DNA from: Candidatus Forterrea multitransposorum CG_2015-17_Forterrea_25_41
Lineage (GTDB): Archaea > Iainarchaeota > Iainarchaeia > Iainarchaeales > CSSED10-239
DNA: 64,000 bases
NCBI GenBank assembly: GCA_009392915.1
Contig: CP045477.1
Span: 544,001-608,000, forward strand
Reading direction: 5' to 3'
A program made the translations under genes and the position numbers. The notes under the pieces are model-generated. The model saw only the letters and a list, made by a program, of their open reading frames with translations, ran no database searches and was not told the DNA's origin. Shown one piece after another: positions 28,311-37,277 of this stretch (its first letter is position 1; each line of letters starts with the position of its first letter).

Positions 28311-29363
28311 ATGGACAAAATAATTGGAATTAAAGTAAATAAAGATAAAGCACAAGAAACAATTTCTAAAATAAAAGAAGAAAATAACTTTAATTCAAGA
28401 TATAAGATAATTAGAGAAAAAGAAAACATAATCATACCTATTAAAAAAATAACTTCAGACTTAAATAAAAATAACATAGTAGAAATTAATAATCCAGAAA
28501 AACAAAAAGAAATTGGACTTACATACAAAGAAATACTTAAAAAAGAAATAAATTCTAAATATATAGATAATCTCCCTTCTTCTTATGATATTGTAGGAGA
28601 CATTATAATAATTAACATAGAAGATAAAGAATTTCTTAAAGAATATAGTTCAAATCTAACTAATTCTCTTAAAAAAATACATCCCCACATAAAAGTAGTC
28701 TTAAACAAATCAAAAGAACATCATGGAACCTTTAGAACACAAGATTTAGAATGGATAGGTGGCGAAAATAGAAAAGAAACAATTATCCAAGAAAACGGAT
28801 GTTATTTAAAAACAGATGTTGAGAAAGTATTTTATTCAACAAGACTTGCAACAGAAAGAAAAAGAATAGCCTCTTTAGTCTTAGAAAATGAAACAATAGG
28901 AGTTTTCTTTGCAGGAGTAGGTCCTTTTTCAATAGCCATTGCAAAACTTGCAAAACCAAAAGAAATTATTTCCATTGAACTTAACCCTATTGGTGTTAAA
29001 TATATGGAAGAAAATATTTTAAAAAATCAAATGGAAAAAATAATAACACCAATAGAAGGTGATGTTAAAGAAATATCTAAAAGATATCCAAACTACTTTG
29101 ATAGAATACCAATGCCACTTCCAAAATCTGCAGAAAATTTTTTAGATGATGCAATTTTTTCAATAAAAGATAAAGGAATAATACACATTTATAATTTTGT
29201 ATCTAAAAATGAACCATTTAAAGAAATTGAAAAAATAATAAAAGAAAAAGAAAAAAAGAATAATTGCAAGATAGAAATAATATTTAAGAAAGTTATTAGA
29301 AGTTTTTCTCAAACCACTGTACAGATTGTAATGGATTTAAAAATATCTAAAGATCTTTCTTAA
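28311..29363 (+). CDS. Trm5/Tyw2-family tRNA methyltransferase (Met-10+ like, m1G37 type)
   Basis: Class I MTase core VGVFFAGVGPFSIAIAK (GxGxF). The acidic/NPPY-like motif is ISIELNP. The N-terminal D1-like region is typical of archaeal Trm5. Confidence 0.7.
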   Translation: MDKIIGIKVNKDKAQETISKIKEENNFNSRYKIIREKENIIIPIKKITSDLNKNNIVEINNPEKQKEIGLTYKEILKKEINSKYIDNLPSSYDIVGDIIIINIEDKEFLKEYSSNLTNSLKKIHPHIKVVLNKSKEHHGTFRTQDLEWIGGENRKETIIQENGCYLKTDVEKVFYSTRLATERKRIASLVLENETIGVFFAGVGPFSIAIAKLAKPKEIISIELNPIGVKYMEENILKNQMEKIITPIEGDVKEISKRYPNYFDRIPMPLPKSAENFLDDAIFSIKDKGIIHIYNFVSKNEPFKEIEKIIKEKEKKNNCKIEIIFKKVIRSFSQTTVQIVMDLKISKDLS

Positions 29364-31716
29364 GTTTAGGTTTCTTTTTAGAAGTTTTAGATTTAGAAAC
29401 TTCTTTTGGTTTTACTTCTTCTTTTTTCTTTGAAGGTTTAATTTTTGAAACTATTTTTTTAACACTTTTAATAGAATCACTTTTTTCATTTTCTAAAAGA
29501 AGTTTCTTTCTTTTCTCAAGTTCAAATATTTGTTTATCAATAATTTTCTTTTCAAAATCAACTGAAGCACTATCATAAATAGTTTTAGATTTAGAATCCT
29601 TTAAAACATCTTTATTTTTTATTCTTTCAAGCTCTAAAAGATATTTATCTCTCATTTCTTTATAAGTGAAAGGACTTATTTTTCCTTCAATTAATTTTTC
29701 ATCTAAATAACCTATTTGTTTAATTATTCCTTCCTTTGAATGATGTTTTTTAAATCTTTCAACTTCAAAGACAATTGTTAAAACCATTAAAAACAAAGCT
29801 GCAACAAATAAATAAAGATAAACATCTTTCTTCTCTTTTGAATAAATATAGATGTTTTGAGAAGAAGTTTCTTTTTCTTTACTTACATTTTCATCTTCAT
29901 CAGAAACAATAATTACAGAGCCTTGATTTGAAGAACTAATATCAATAACTAATGTTTCAAGATCTGTATTTAAATAATAATCAAGAACTATTTTTTCTGT
30001 TTCATAAAGATAATGTGCAAAATTAAGTATAGAGTTTGCAACATTTAATTGAGATTTTGCTTTTTCTTCATCTTTATTTTTATAGAAATCATGAGCATTT
30101 TTATAATAAATACCATGATCTAAGAAAGTTTTAGACCAAACATAATTTTCATTATTCATTGCACTTTGATTTCTTAAATCTTTAGTTAATTGATCATATT
30201 TAATATTAAAATCATTTAATGTAAAATTATTTTTACTGTCTTCTTGTGTTTTTATAACAGCTAAAGCAGTTGCTGAATCATAAAGTGAAGTTACATACCA
30301 TCCTCTTTGGTAATTAATCTTTGCAGCATTAAGTCTTCTTTTTAAATCTTCAGTATCTGCTATGTTTGGAGCAACTAAAATTAATTGATTTTCAACAGAT
30401 ATAATGCTTTCTTGTGCTTTTTCTTTAAAAAAGTTAGATTCTACAAACTTTAAATCATTATTTGTTGTAATTGATGCATCTAAAAAATCATTTGCAATTT
30501 CTGTCCATGCTAAAGCATAAGCATATTCTTGTATTTTTGAAAAATTATTTATAGTTTGCTTTTCTTTTAAAGATTCAACTTTATCTCTTGCCCAAGTAAT
30601 TCTTTGTCTTCCACCAACACACCATTCTAAATATTCAATTGAACAGTTGTTAGATCTGTTTTCTGTTAAAGTTATTTTTTCATCAAGTTCAGAAACTCTA
30701 AGATCAAAAATAATTGAAGAATCTGCTAAAATTGATGGATTTGTAATAATTTCTTCAACAGAGATTATATTAATATAAGCTAAAAAAGAATTATTTGCTG
30801 CTGAATAAAAATAATTATTTTCATAAAACTTTTTTGAATTTTCAACAAGTTCTTCAGAATAAGTAACTGTTGATAAAAGTGTATCTAGAACATCTAAATC
30901 TTTTATGTTAGAGGAAGATATTTTAGAATTAATTGAAGATAATTTTTCTTCAGTATTAAGAATATATTCTTCAGTTATTTTTTTTAAAGGTTCAACAGCT
31001 TTAGAATATTCAATTTTATTATAAACAAAATCATCTACTTTTTCTTCTTGAATAGAATTTACATCAATTGAAGAAACATCTTTAAAAGCATAATCTAGAA
31101 CATCATCAATAGTTGATACTTCAATAATCTTTAAACCCCATTCATTATAAGCATGCTCAATTAAATCAACTTGTTTAATTTCATCATCTTCATTAATCAC
31201 TTGAGATCTATTTCCTTGAGGTATGAAAAATAAATCAACACCTATTTCAGAAGCTTTTTTTGCTTTATAATAAATTCCACCAACATCTCCAATATATCCA
31301 TCAATTGAAATTGAACCAGTCATACTTACATTTTCAGGAACTGGAGAATCTTTAAACATTGAAATTATTAAGAGAGCCATTGCACCACCTGCAGATGGAC
31401 CATCTATAGTGTGTGCATTTGAAGTAATATCAACTGTAAAATCATACTCTTGCTTAATATCTTCTTTTATAACTGAATCTGCAACTGCAATTGCATTTTT
31501 AAAAGATTCTTGTGTTGAAGAACCTACTATTGATTCATCTATTGAAGAATATATTTTTCCAGTACCAGGTATAATTTTTACATTTAATTGTGCATCTTTT
31601 GCACTTGTTTCACCAGATACTGCGAAAATCTTCATATTAGCATCAGAAACTAATGCAAAAAGATTAGGCATTAAAAGTATTAAAAATAATAATATTGCAA
31701 TTGATTTAATTTTCAT
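29347..31716 (-). CDS. Secreted/membrane-anchored protein with a Lon-like S16 peptidase domain
   Basis: N-terminal signal peptide (MKIKSIAILLFLILLMPNLFAL). The Lon proteolytic domain IDGPSAGGAMALLIISMF...VSMTGSISIDGYIGDVGGIYYKAKKASEIGVDLFFIPQGN carries the catalytic Ser in DGPSAG and a downstream Lys. A large middle domain is followed by a C-terminal TM helix and a Lys-rich tail. 789 aa. Confidence 0.65.
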   Translation of the reverse strand: MKIKSIAILLFLILLMPNLFALVSDANMKIFAVSGETSAKDAQLNVKIIPGTGKIYSSIDESIVGSSTQESFKNAIAVADSVIKEDIKQEYDFTVDITSNAHTIDGPSAGGAMALLIISMFKDSPVPENVSMTGSISIDGYIGDVGGIYYKAKKASEIGVDLFFIPQGNRSQVINEDDEIKQVDLIEHAYNEWGLKIIEVSTIDDVLDYAFKDVSSIDVNSIQEEKVDDFVYNKIEYSKAVEPLKKITEEYILNTEEKLSSINSKISSSNIKDLDVLDTLLSTVTYSEELVENSKKFYENNYFYSAANNSFLAYINIISVEEIITNPSILADSSIIFDLRVSELDEKITLTENRSNNCSIEYLEWCVGGRQRITWARDKVESLKEKQTINNFSKIQEYAYALAWTEIANDFLDASITTNNDLKFVESNFFKEKAQESIISVENQLILVAPNIADTEDLKRRLNAAKINYQRGWYVTSLYDSATALAVIKTQEDSKNNFTLNDFNIKYDQLTKDLRNQSAMNNENYVWSKTFLDHGIYYKNAHDFYKNKDEEKAKSQLNVANSILNFAHYLYETEKIVLDYYLNTDLETLVIDISSSNQGSVIIVSDEDENVSKEKETSSQNIYIYSKEKKDVYLYLFVAALFLMVLTIVFEVERFKKHHSKEGIIKQIGYLDEKLIEGKISPFTYKEMRDKYLLELERIKNKDVLKDSKSKTIYDSASVDFEKKIIDKQIFELEKRKKLLLENEKSDSIKSVKKIVSKIKPSKKKEEVKPKEVSKSKTSKKKPKLKKDL

Positions 31717-31780
31717 GTTTTCTTCCTCTCAAATAAATAGTTTTCAATGTAATATATATTATATAATATTTATTTAAAGG

Positions 31781-32245
31781 TTACTTTTTCTTGTTTTTGA
31801 AAAGAAGATTAAATTTTTTAGTTGTAGAAAGAATATTTTTCCTTCCTTTTTTTTCAATTGAAATTAAATCTAGTTCTTTAAGTATTTTTAAGTCTTCAAA
31901 AGGTCTTTTCTTACTTATTTTTGATTGTTCAACAGGAGCATTTAAAGAAATAAAAGCTAAAGTTTTAAGTTCAGATTTTGAAAGAGTTGTTCCTGTTGCA
32001 AAAATATTAAAAGAATGGAATTCTGGTTTTACAACAATTTCTAATTTTTTATTATCTTTAACAATAGAAAGAGAAGTTTTTCTTTTATTATAATCATTGA
32101 TTAAATCATCTATCTGAATATCAATTATTTTTTTATCAATATTTGGAAATGAAGAATAAATTTTTGAAATTAAAGTTGATTTTGGAGATAGAAACAAAAT
32201 AGCTTCAATTGCTTGTTTTAAATAATCACTACTTGTTTGGTCCAT
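31781..32245 (-). CDS. scpB: ScpB-like segregation/condensation protein (winged helix)
   Basis: The N-terminus LKQAIEAILFLSPKSTLISKI resembles the ScpB EALLF motif. The size (154 aa) is compatible with archaeal ScpB. Confidence 0.4.
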   Translation of the reverse strand: MDQTSSDYLKQAIEAILFLSPKSTLISKIYSSFPNIDKKIIDIQIDDLINDYNKRKTSLSIVKDNKKLEIVVKPEFHSFNIFATGTTLSKSELKTLAFISLNAPVEQSKISKKRPFEDLKILKELDLISIEKKGRKNILSTTKKFNLLFKNKKK

Positions 32246-32266
32246 TATAAATCACATGTTAAAAAA

Positions 32267-33043
32267 TTATTCTCTTTTTGCAGTTAATGTTTCATTACGT
32301 GCAGGCATTATGTAAACAAAATAATCTCCCTCTGAAACTTTATCTCCAGTAGATTTTTCAATCCAATAAACAGTAGAGTCATCTTCTGATTGACTTAAAA
32401 AACTTATAGATCCGTGAACCACATCACCTGTTTGATATTCTCCAGCTCCATTAAGAATAGGTTGAGAGATTCCAGTATCATTTTCTAAAGTTAAAGTATA
32501 AGTTTCTGGCTCAGAAGATTCTGCTTGAAAAATTGCAGTAACTGATTTATTTTGAGTCATTGTAACGTCACAATTTATAGCAGCAGTATCACAATTTCCA
32601 GTCCATCCTTGAAAAGTATTTCCTTCAGATGCATTTGCATTTAAAGTAACTGAAGTTCCTGAAGAATAATTTTGAGAACAATCAGTTCCACAATTAATAC
32701 CTACTGGATTTGAAGTTACAGTTCCATTTCCAGAAACATTAACAGTTAATGTATAATTTTCAGGATCTGGTTCATCTGGTTCATCTGGTTCATCTGGTTC
32801 AGGATCTTCTCCTCCAGGATTAGGATTAACATTATCTATTTCTTCAACTTGAGAAGAATCATTTAAATCTTCAATAAACCCATCAACTGTTGAATCTATT
32901 CCTTCATTAATTTTGTCAGATTGACTTACTTTCTCATTTGAAAAATTAATAAAGGTTGTTGCAAGAACAATTGTACCTAAGACTAAAACACCAACTATAA
33001 TTACCATTTCTAAAGAAACTTGAGCTTTTTTATTTTGAATCAT
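32267..33043 (-). CDS. DUF361-type archaeal type IV pilin-like protein with Flg_new-like repeats
   Basis: Class III signal peptide MIQNKKA|QVSLEMVIIVGVLVLGTIVLATTF (Q at +1, E at +5). A (PDE)n linker. Repeats with GINCGT(D/N)CS...GTSVTL...G(N/H)xFxGW, as in Listeria-Bacteroides (Flg_new) repeats. Confidence 0.7.
   Translation of the reverse strand: MIQNKKAQVSLEMVIIVGVLVLGTIVLATTFINFSNEKVSQSDKINEGIDSTVDGFIEDLNDSSQVEEIDNVNPNPGGEDPEPDEPDEPDEPDPENYTLTVNVSGNGTVTSNPVGINCGTDCSQNYSSGTSVTLNANASEGNTFQGWTGNCDTAAINCDVTMTQNKSVTAIFQAESSEPETYTLTLENDTGISQPILNGAGEYQTGDVVHGSISFLSQSEDDSTVYWIEKSTGDKVSEGDYFVYIMPARNETLTAKRE
32764..32800. repeat. 9-bp tandem repeat (about 4 units, TCTGGTTCA) encoding a (PDE)n linker in the pilin-like gene
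   Basis: ggatctggttcatctggttcatctggttcatctggttcagg is seen directly. It encodes EPDEPDEPDEPDP on the minus strand. Confidence 0.8.
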
Positions 33044-33072
33044 ATTTATTCTTATTTTATATTTTTATAATA

Positions 33073-35190
33073 TTATTCTAAGCCACCATCAGTAATAGTC
33101 CAATTATAATTATTAATTAATATATTTTTTGCATCAACTGCAGAACTATCATAATTAACTGCTGTTGCACCTAATGTAACATTACTTTTTAAATTAGTTA
33201 AATTTGACCATCTAATTAAAATATTAGAATAATTTACAGTAGATAATGCATAATCAAACATATGAGCCATATCAGTTACATTTGAAACATCCCATGCACT
33301 AATATCTTGATCAAAACAAATATCAGAAATACTAAAGAAACATTGAAACATTCTGTTCATATTTGTAACATTTGAAACATCCCACATACTTATATTTTGA
33401 TTAAATGAATAATTATTATAAAACATAGAAGACATATCAGTTACATTTGAAACATCCCAATTATTCAATGGTTGATTAAATCTAGTACATCTAAACATTG
33501 CAGCCATATTAGTTACATTTGAAACATCCCAATTATTTATAGAAGTATTAGTCCATGAAAATACACCATTATTTGGAGGACTACTTACACTACAATTTTG
33601 ATAACCACTAAAAGTTCCTGCTAAATTTGTAATTCCGTTTAAATCAGGAACATCAGTTGCAGTTACAACTAAATTTGTAGCTCCAGAGAAATAATATCCA
33701 CTATTTCCAAATTTTAAATTACCCCATTGACTAATTTCAGTTAATTTTAATTTATCTCCAGAATTATTAAACCTAAAACCTTCAATAAAACCTGTTATGA
33801 TTACATCATATATCCCAGAACTTGAATATGTGTGAGTTTTATCAGGATCACTATAACTTGTAACCTCTGATGTAGTTCCATCTCCCCAATAAACTTTAAA
33901 ATTATAATTATTACTATAAAGAGAAGCAGAATCTAAAGGTAATGTAATTTGATTTGCATTTGAAGAACCAGTACTAATTTTTGTAGTATCCCATTTAGAT
34001 ATAAATGCATCTGAAGTAGGTATAAAATTTGCAGTTAAATTCACATTACTTGAAGGCATTGTATAACTAAATGAAGGATCTGTACTTACTACAGTACCAT
34101 TTTGATCAATCCAATTTACATAAGAAAATTCAGCAATAGAAGAGACAGATATATTTGCAACATCTCCAGGATTATAATTTCCTGCACCATTTAAACTAAT
34201 ATTTACTGAATCTGGATTTTCAATTAAATTTAAATTATAAGCAACAGGCAAACTAAAAGTTGCAGTTACATTTTTAACTTCAGTCATAGAAACAGAACAA
34301 CTAATTTGAGGTCCAGAACAATCCCCAGACCATCCTTCAAAAACATATCCTGAAACTGGAGTTGCATTTAATTGAACAGATTGTTGATCAGGAAAAGTTG
34401 CAGAACAGTTTGTTTGAGATTCTAAACAATTAATTCCAGAAGGATAAGTTTCAACAGTTCCTCCAATTGTTTTAGTTAAATTTAAAGTATAACTGTTTGG
34501 AAGATTAAAAGTTGCAGTTACATTTCTTGCTTGAGTCATGGAAACTGTACAAGTAAGATTAGTTCCTGAACAAGCACCTGACCATCCACCAAAACTATGA
34601 CCAGTAACAGGATTTGCAGTTAAAGTAACTGAAGTGCCTGAAGAATAATTTTCAGAACAATTAGTTCCACAATTAATACCAGAAGGATTTGAAGTCACAG
34701 TTCCATTTCCCGCACCACTTAAAGATACATTTAAAGTATAAGTTGATGGAGCAGTTGATGAAAAATTTGCAGTTAAAGAAGTATTTGAATTTAAATTAAA
34801 AGTATATGGATTTGTGGAAAGTGAACCTGTTGGAGTTGTCCAATTATTAAAAGTATAACCTGAAAGAGCAGTTGCAGTTGCAGTAACTGAAGTTCCACAA
34901 CTAAAAGTTCCAGCTCCTGAAACAGTACCACCTGCTGGAGGGTTTGAAGATAAAGTTAAAACACAATTACTACCAACACCTGAAATTGGTTCATAATCTT
35001 CAGGATTTGTTAAATCTTTAATAAAACCATCAATTGTTGAATTTGTAGCAGCATCAATTTCTCCTGCTTGATCTACTTTTTCATTTGTAAATCCAATTAA
35101 AATAGTTGCTAAAATAACAGCACCTAAAATCAAAACACCAATAATAATTATCATCTCTAAAGAGACTTGAGCTTTTTTACTTTTATTCAT
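33073..35190 (-). CDS. Large DUF361-type pilin-like adhesin with Flg_new-like repeats and BspA/DUF285-like C-terminal repeats
   Basis: The class III signal is MNKSKKA|QVSLEMIIIIGVL. The ORF-track start at 35265 adds a 25-aa Lys-rich extension that is probably untranslated. Four repeats have the form ...NPSGINCGTNCSENYSSGTSVTLTANPVTGHSFGGWSG... C-terminal 25-aa repeats are NWDVSNVT(N/D)M(A/S)xMF. Many NxT/S sequons. Confidence 0.7.
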   Translation of the reverse strand: MNKSKKAQVSLEMIIIIGVLILGAVILATILIGFTNEKVDQAGEIDAATNSTIDGFIKDLTNPEDYEPISGVGSNCVLTLSSNPPAGGTVSGAGTFSCGTSVTATATALSGYTFNNWTTPTGSLSTNPYTFNLNSNTSLTANFSSTAPSTYTLNVSLSGAGNGTVTSNPSGINCGTNCSENYSSGTSVTLTANPVTGHSFGGWSGACSGTNLTCTVSMTQARNVTATFNLPNSYTLNLTKTIGGTVETYPSGINCLESQTNCSATFPDQQSVQLNATPVSGYVFEGWSGDCSGPQISCSVSMTEVKNVTATFSLPVAYNLNLIENPDSVNISLNGAGNYNPGDVANISVSSIAEFSYVNWIDQNGTVVSTDPSFSYTMPSSNVNLTANFIPTSDAFISKWDTTKISTGSSNANQITLPLDSASLYSNNYNFKVYWGDGTTSEVTSYSDPDKTHTYSSSGIYDVIITGFIEGFRFNNSGDKLKLTEISQWGNLKFGNSGYYFSGATNLVVTATDVPDLNGITNLAGTFSGYQNCSVSSPPNNGVFSWTNTSINNWDVSNVTNMAAMFRCTRFNQPLNNWDVSNVTDMSSMFYNNYSFNQNISMWDVSNVTNMNRMFQCFFSISDICFDQDISAWDVSNVTDMAHMFDYALSTVNYSNILIRWSNLTNLKSNVTLGATAVNYDSSAVDAKNILINNYNWTITDGGLE
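33271..33540. repeat. Four copies of a roughly 75-bp periodic repeat (core agttacatttgaaacatccca) within the large adhesin gene
   Basis: Near-identical 25-30 nt cores at about 33271, 33364, 33436 and 33509. They encode the repeated NWDVSNVTxMxxMF units. Confidence 0.75.
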
Positions 35191-35279
35191 ATCTTTATCC
35201 ACTTTTTTTACTTTTTTAGATTTTATTATTTTTTTAGATTTAATTTTTTTAACTTCTTTTTTCATAAATATCTTTTCTC

Positions 35280-35663
35280 TTAATTAAAATTTGCTGTAAT
35301 ACCAGTATTAAAATTTAAATCAAAATAGAATATTTCAGTTTTGCTCATAATAGCTCCAGAAGAATCTTTCCAGTTTAAGAAACTATGACCTGTAGCAGGA
35401 ACAGCTTCTACTCTTACTTGAGTTCCACAAGCAAAACTACCATCTCCTTTAACAGTGCCAGCATCTTGAGGATTTACTGAAATTACTAGATTACAAATAA
35501 AGTTATCAACAATTTCATCTGTTTGTTTATTAATTGCATTAGATTGATCTGCTTTTGAAGAAGACATATTAATAACAATTGTTGCAAGAATAATTGTCCC
35601 TAAAACTAAAACACCAACGATAATCATCATTTCTAAAGAAACTTGAGCTTTTTTATTTATCAT
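35280..35663 (-). CDS. DUF361-type type IV pilin-like protein (short, with one Flg_new-like unit)
   Basis: MINKKA|QVSLEMMIIVGVLVLGTIILATIV, plus ...GTVKGDGSFACGTQVRVEAVPATGHSFLNWKD. Confidence 0.7.
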   Translation of the reverse strand: MINKKAQVSLEMMIIVGVLVLGTIILATIVINMSSSKADQSNAINKQTDEIVDNFICNLVISVNPQDAGTVKGDGSFACGTQVRVEAVPATGHSFLNWKDSSGAIMSKTEIFYFDLNFNTGITANFN

Positions 35664-35778
35664 AAAATATAATCCTTTAATTATAAATATAATATAAATA
35701 TAAATACATAATATATATAAATGTATTTGTTATAGAAGAATAAGTAAATAGTTTTAAAGATAAATAATTTTAAAGATC

Positions 35779-36444
35779 TTAAATAACTTTTATAAAAATC
35801 TCAGAAAAGAAATCATCTTGCCAAACATTTATCTTCTGATCTTGATGAAGAAATAAAAGAGGAATAAATAAATTATTAACAATATCAAAATTATCAATAT
35901 TTTTTGAAAAAAGATTTTTAAAAGTTAAACAACCTTCCTTATCTGCTTCTTTTTTAATTGAAGAAAAAAGAGAATCAATTCTTAAGTTAATATCTTCAGT
36001 TGATTTTGGAACAAAAAATTCAACTTCTGCTTTTTCTTTAATCATTTTTTCAATGTTTTTTTTAGTTGGTTTATTCATTATAGTATCTATTGCTTCAATT
36101 AAATCATCTAAAGAAACTTGACTTTCTTTATTTCTAATTGGATTTTCTAAGTTTAAAGCATTAAGTAAAATATCATCTTCTTTAGGTATTATTAAATCAT
36201 CTTCAGGATCAATACTTGAAAGCTTTAAAGTATATGTTTTAATTTTAAGAAGAATACTTGCAGCTAGAAGTGCATTTGCAGGAATCATTAAATTTTCTTC
36301 TTTAAACTCTATTATTTTTTTTAAATAGAGATCTGTAAGAGAAATAATATCAATATTCCAAATATCAAAATCATTTGATTTTACAAGATCAAACAAAAGT
36401 AGTTTCCAGTTTGGTTGATCTATAATGTTTACTAATTCTTCCAT
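35779..36444 (-). CDS. scpA: ScpA-like kleisin (segregation and condensation protein A)
   Basis: The N-terminus WKLLLFDLVKSNDFDIWNIDIISLTDLYLKKIIEF...IPANALLAASILLKIKT matches the ScpA N-terminal pattern LDLLL.LI....DI.DI.I..IT.QYL.Y......L..A...LVMAA.L..IKS. Confidence 0.5.
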   Translation of the reverse strand: MEELVNIIDQPNWKLLLFDLVKSNDFDIWNIDIISLTDLYLKKIIEFKEENLMIPANALLAASILLKIKTYTLKLSSIDPEDDLIIPKEDDILLNALNLENPIRNKESQVSLDDLIEAIDTIMNKPTKKNIEKMIKEKAEVEFFVPKSTEDINLRIDSLFSSIKKEADKEGCLTFKNLFSKNIDNFDIVNNLFIPLLFLHQDQKINVWQDDFFSEIFIKVI

Positions 36445-36496
36445 ATATAAAAGATATCTTCAAAAAAGAATAAAAAGAGAAAGGTTTTTTAGTTTT

Positions 36497-37180
36497 TTAA
36501 TCTTCTAAAACCTTTGCATTAAAATTGTTTGCTTCAATATCACATAATTTAATTTTTTTACTTTGGCCTTCAATATATAAAACAGTATCTTTTTCAAAGT
36601 AAATTGTTACAGAATCACAAACTAATCTAAACCTTACAGATTTAGATTTTAGTAATTCATCAAAAATTAAATCTATATTTTCTGAAAAAACTATAATATC
36701 TATTCCTTGTTTTTTACCTTTAATTTTTGTTGAAATTTCATTTAAATCAATAGTTCCAACAACATTAAACTTTAAAATAAACTCTTTAATATCAAATGAA
36801 GAAATTAATTTTTGAATATATTCTTTAGCTTTTATAGTGTCTGAAAAGATATATGTTCTATAAGCTCTATATTTTTCAAAAAACTTATCAGCTTCACCCA
36901 TTTCTTTATAAAAACTATCCATTTCTTCTTTAATATTTGAAACTGTTGAATTCATTTTCTTAAAAAGAGAAATTAATTCTCTCTTATTAATTTCAGATTC
37001 TATATCTTTTTCTAAATATTCATTCTTTTTAACAATATCATTAATTTCTTTATAGTCATTTATAAGACTATTTAAAATATCATGAAGTGGATTGTAAAGC
37101 TCTAAAACCTTATTTGTTCTATATAGATTTTTATTTAAAGACTCAAAAGACTTTTTAACTTTATTATTAATATCAACCAT
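36497..37180 (-). CDS. Hypothetical coiled-coil protein
   Basis: 227 aa, helical and charged. Confidence 0.35.
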   Translation of the reverse strand: MVDINNKVKKSFESLNKNLYRTNKVLELYNPLHDILNSLINDYKEINDIVKKNEYLEKDIESEINKRELISLFKKMNSTVSNIKEEMDSFYKEMGEADKFFEKYRAYRTYIFSDTIKAKEYIQKLISSFDIKEFILKFNVVGTIDLNEISTKIKGKKQGIDIIVFSENIDLIFDELLKSKSVRFRLVCDSVTIYFEKDTVLYIEGQSKKIKLCDIEANNFNAKVLED

Positions 37181-37277
37181 TTTTTAAAACCCCTTTTTTA
37201 AATTTGAAAAAATTCCCCTATAATAATATGATAAATGGTAATATTTAATAAAGCTATCTTTTTATGTAGATAACAGA

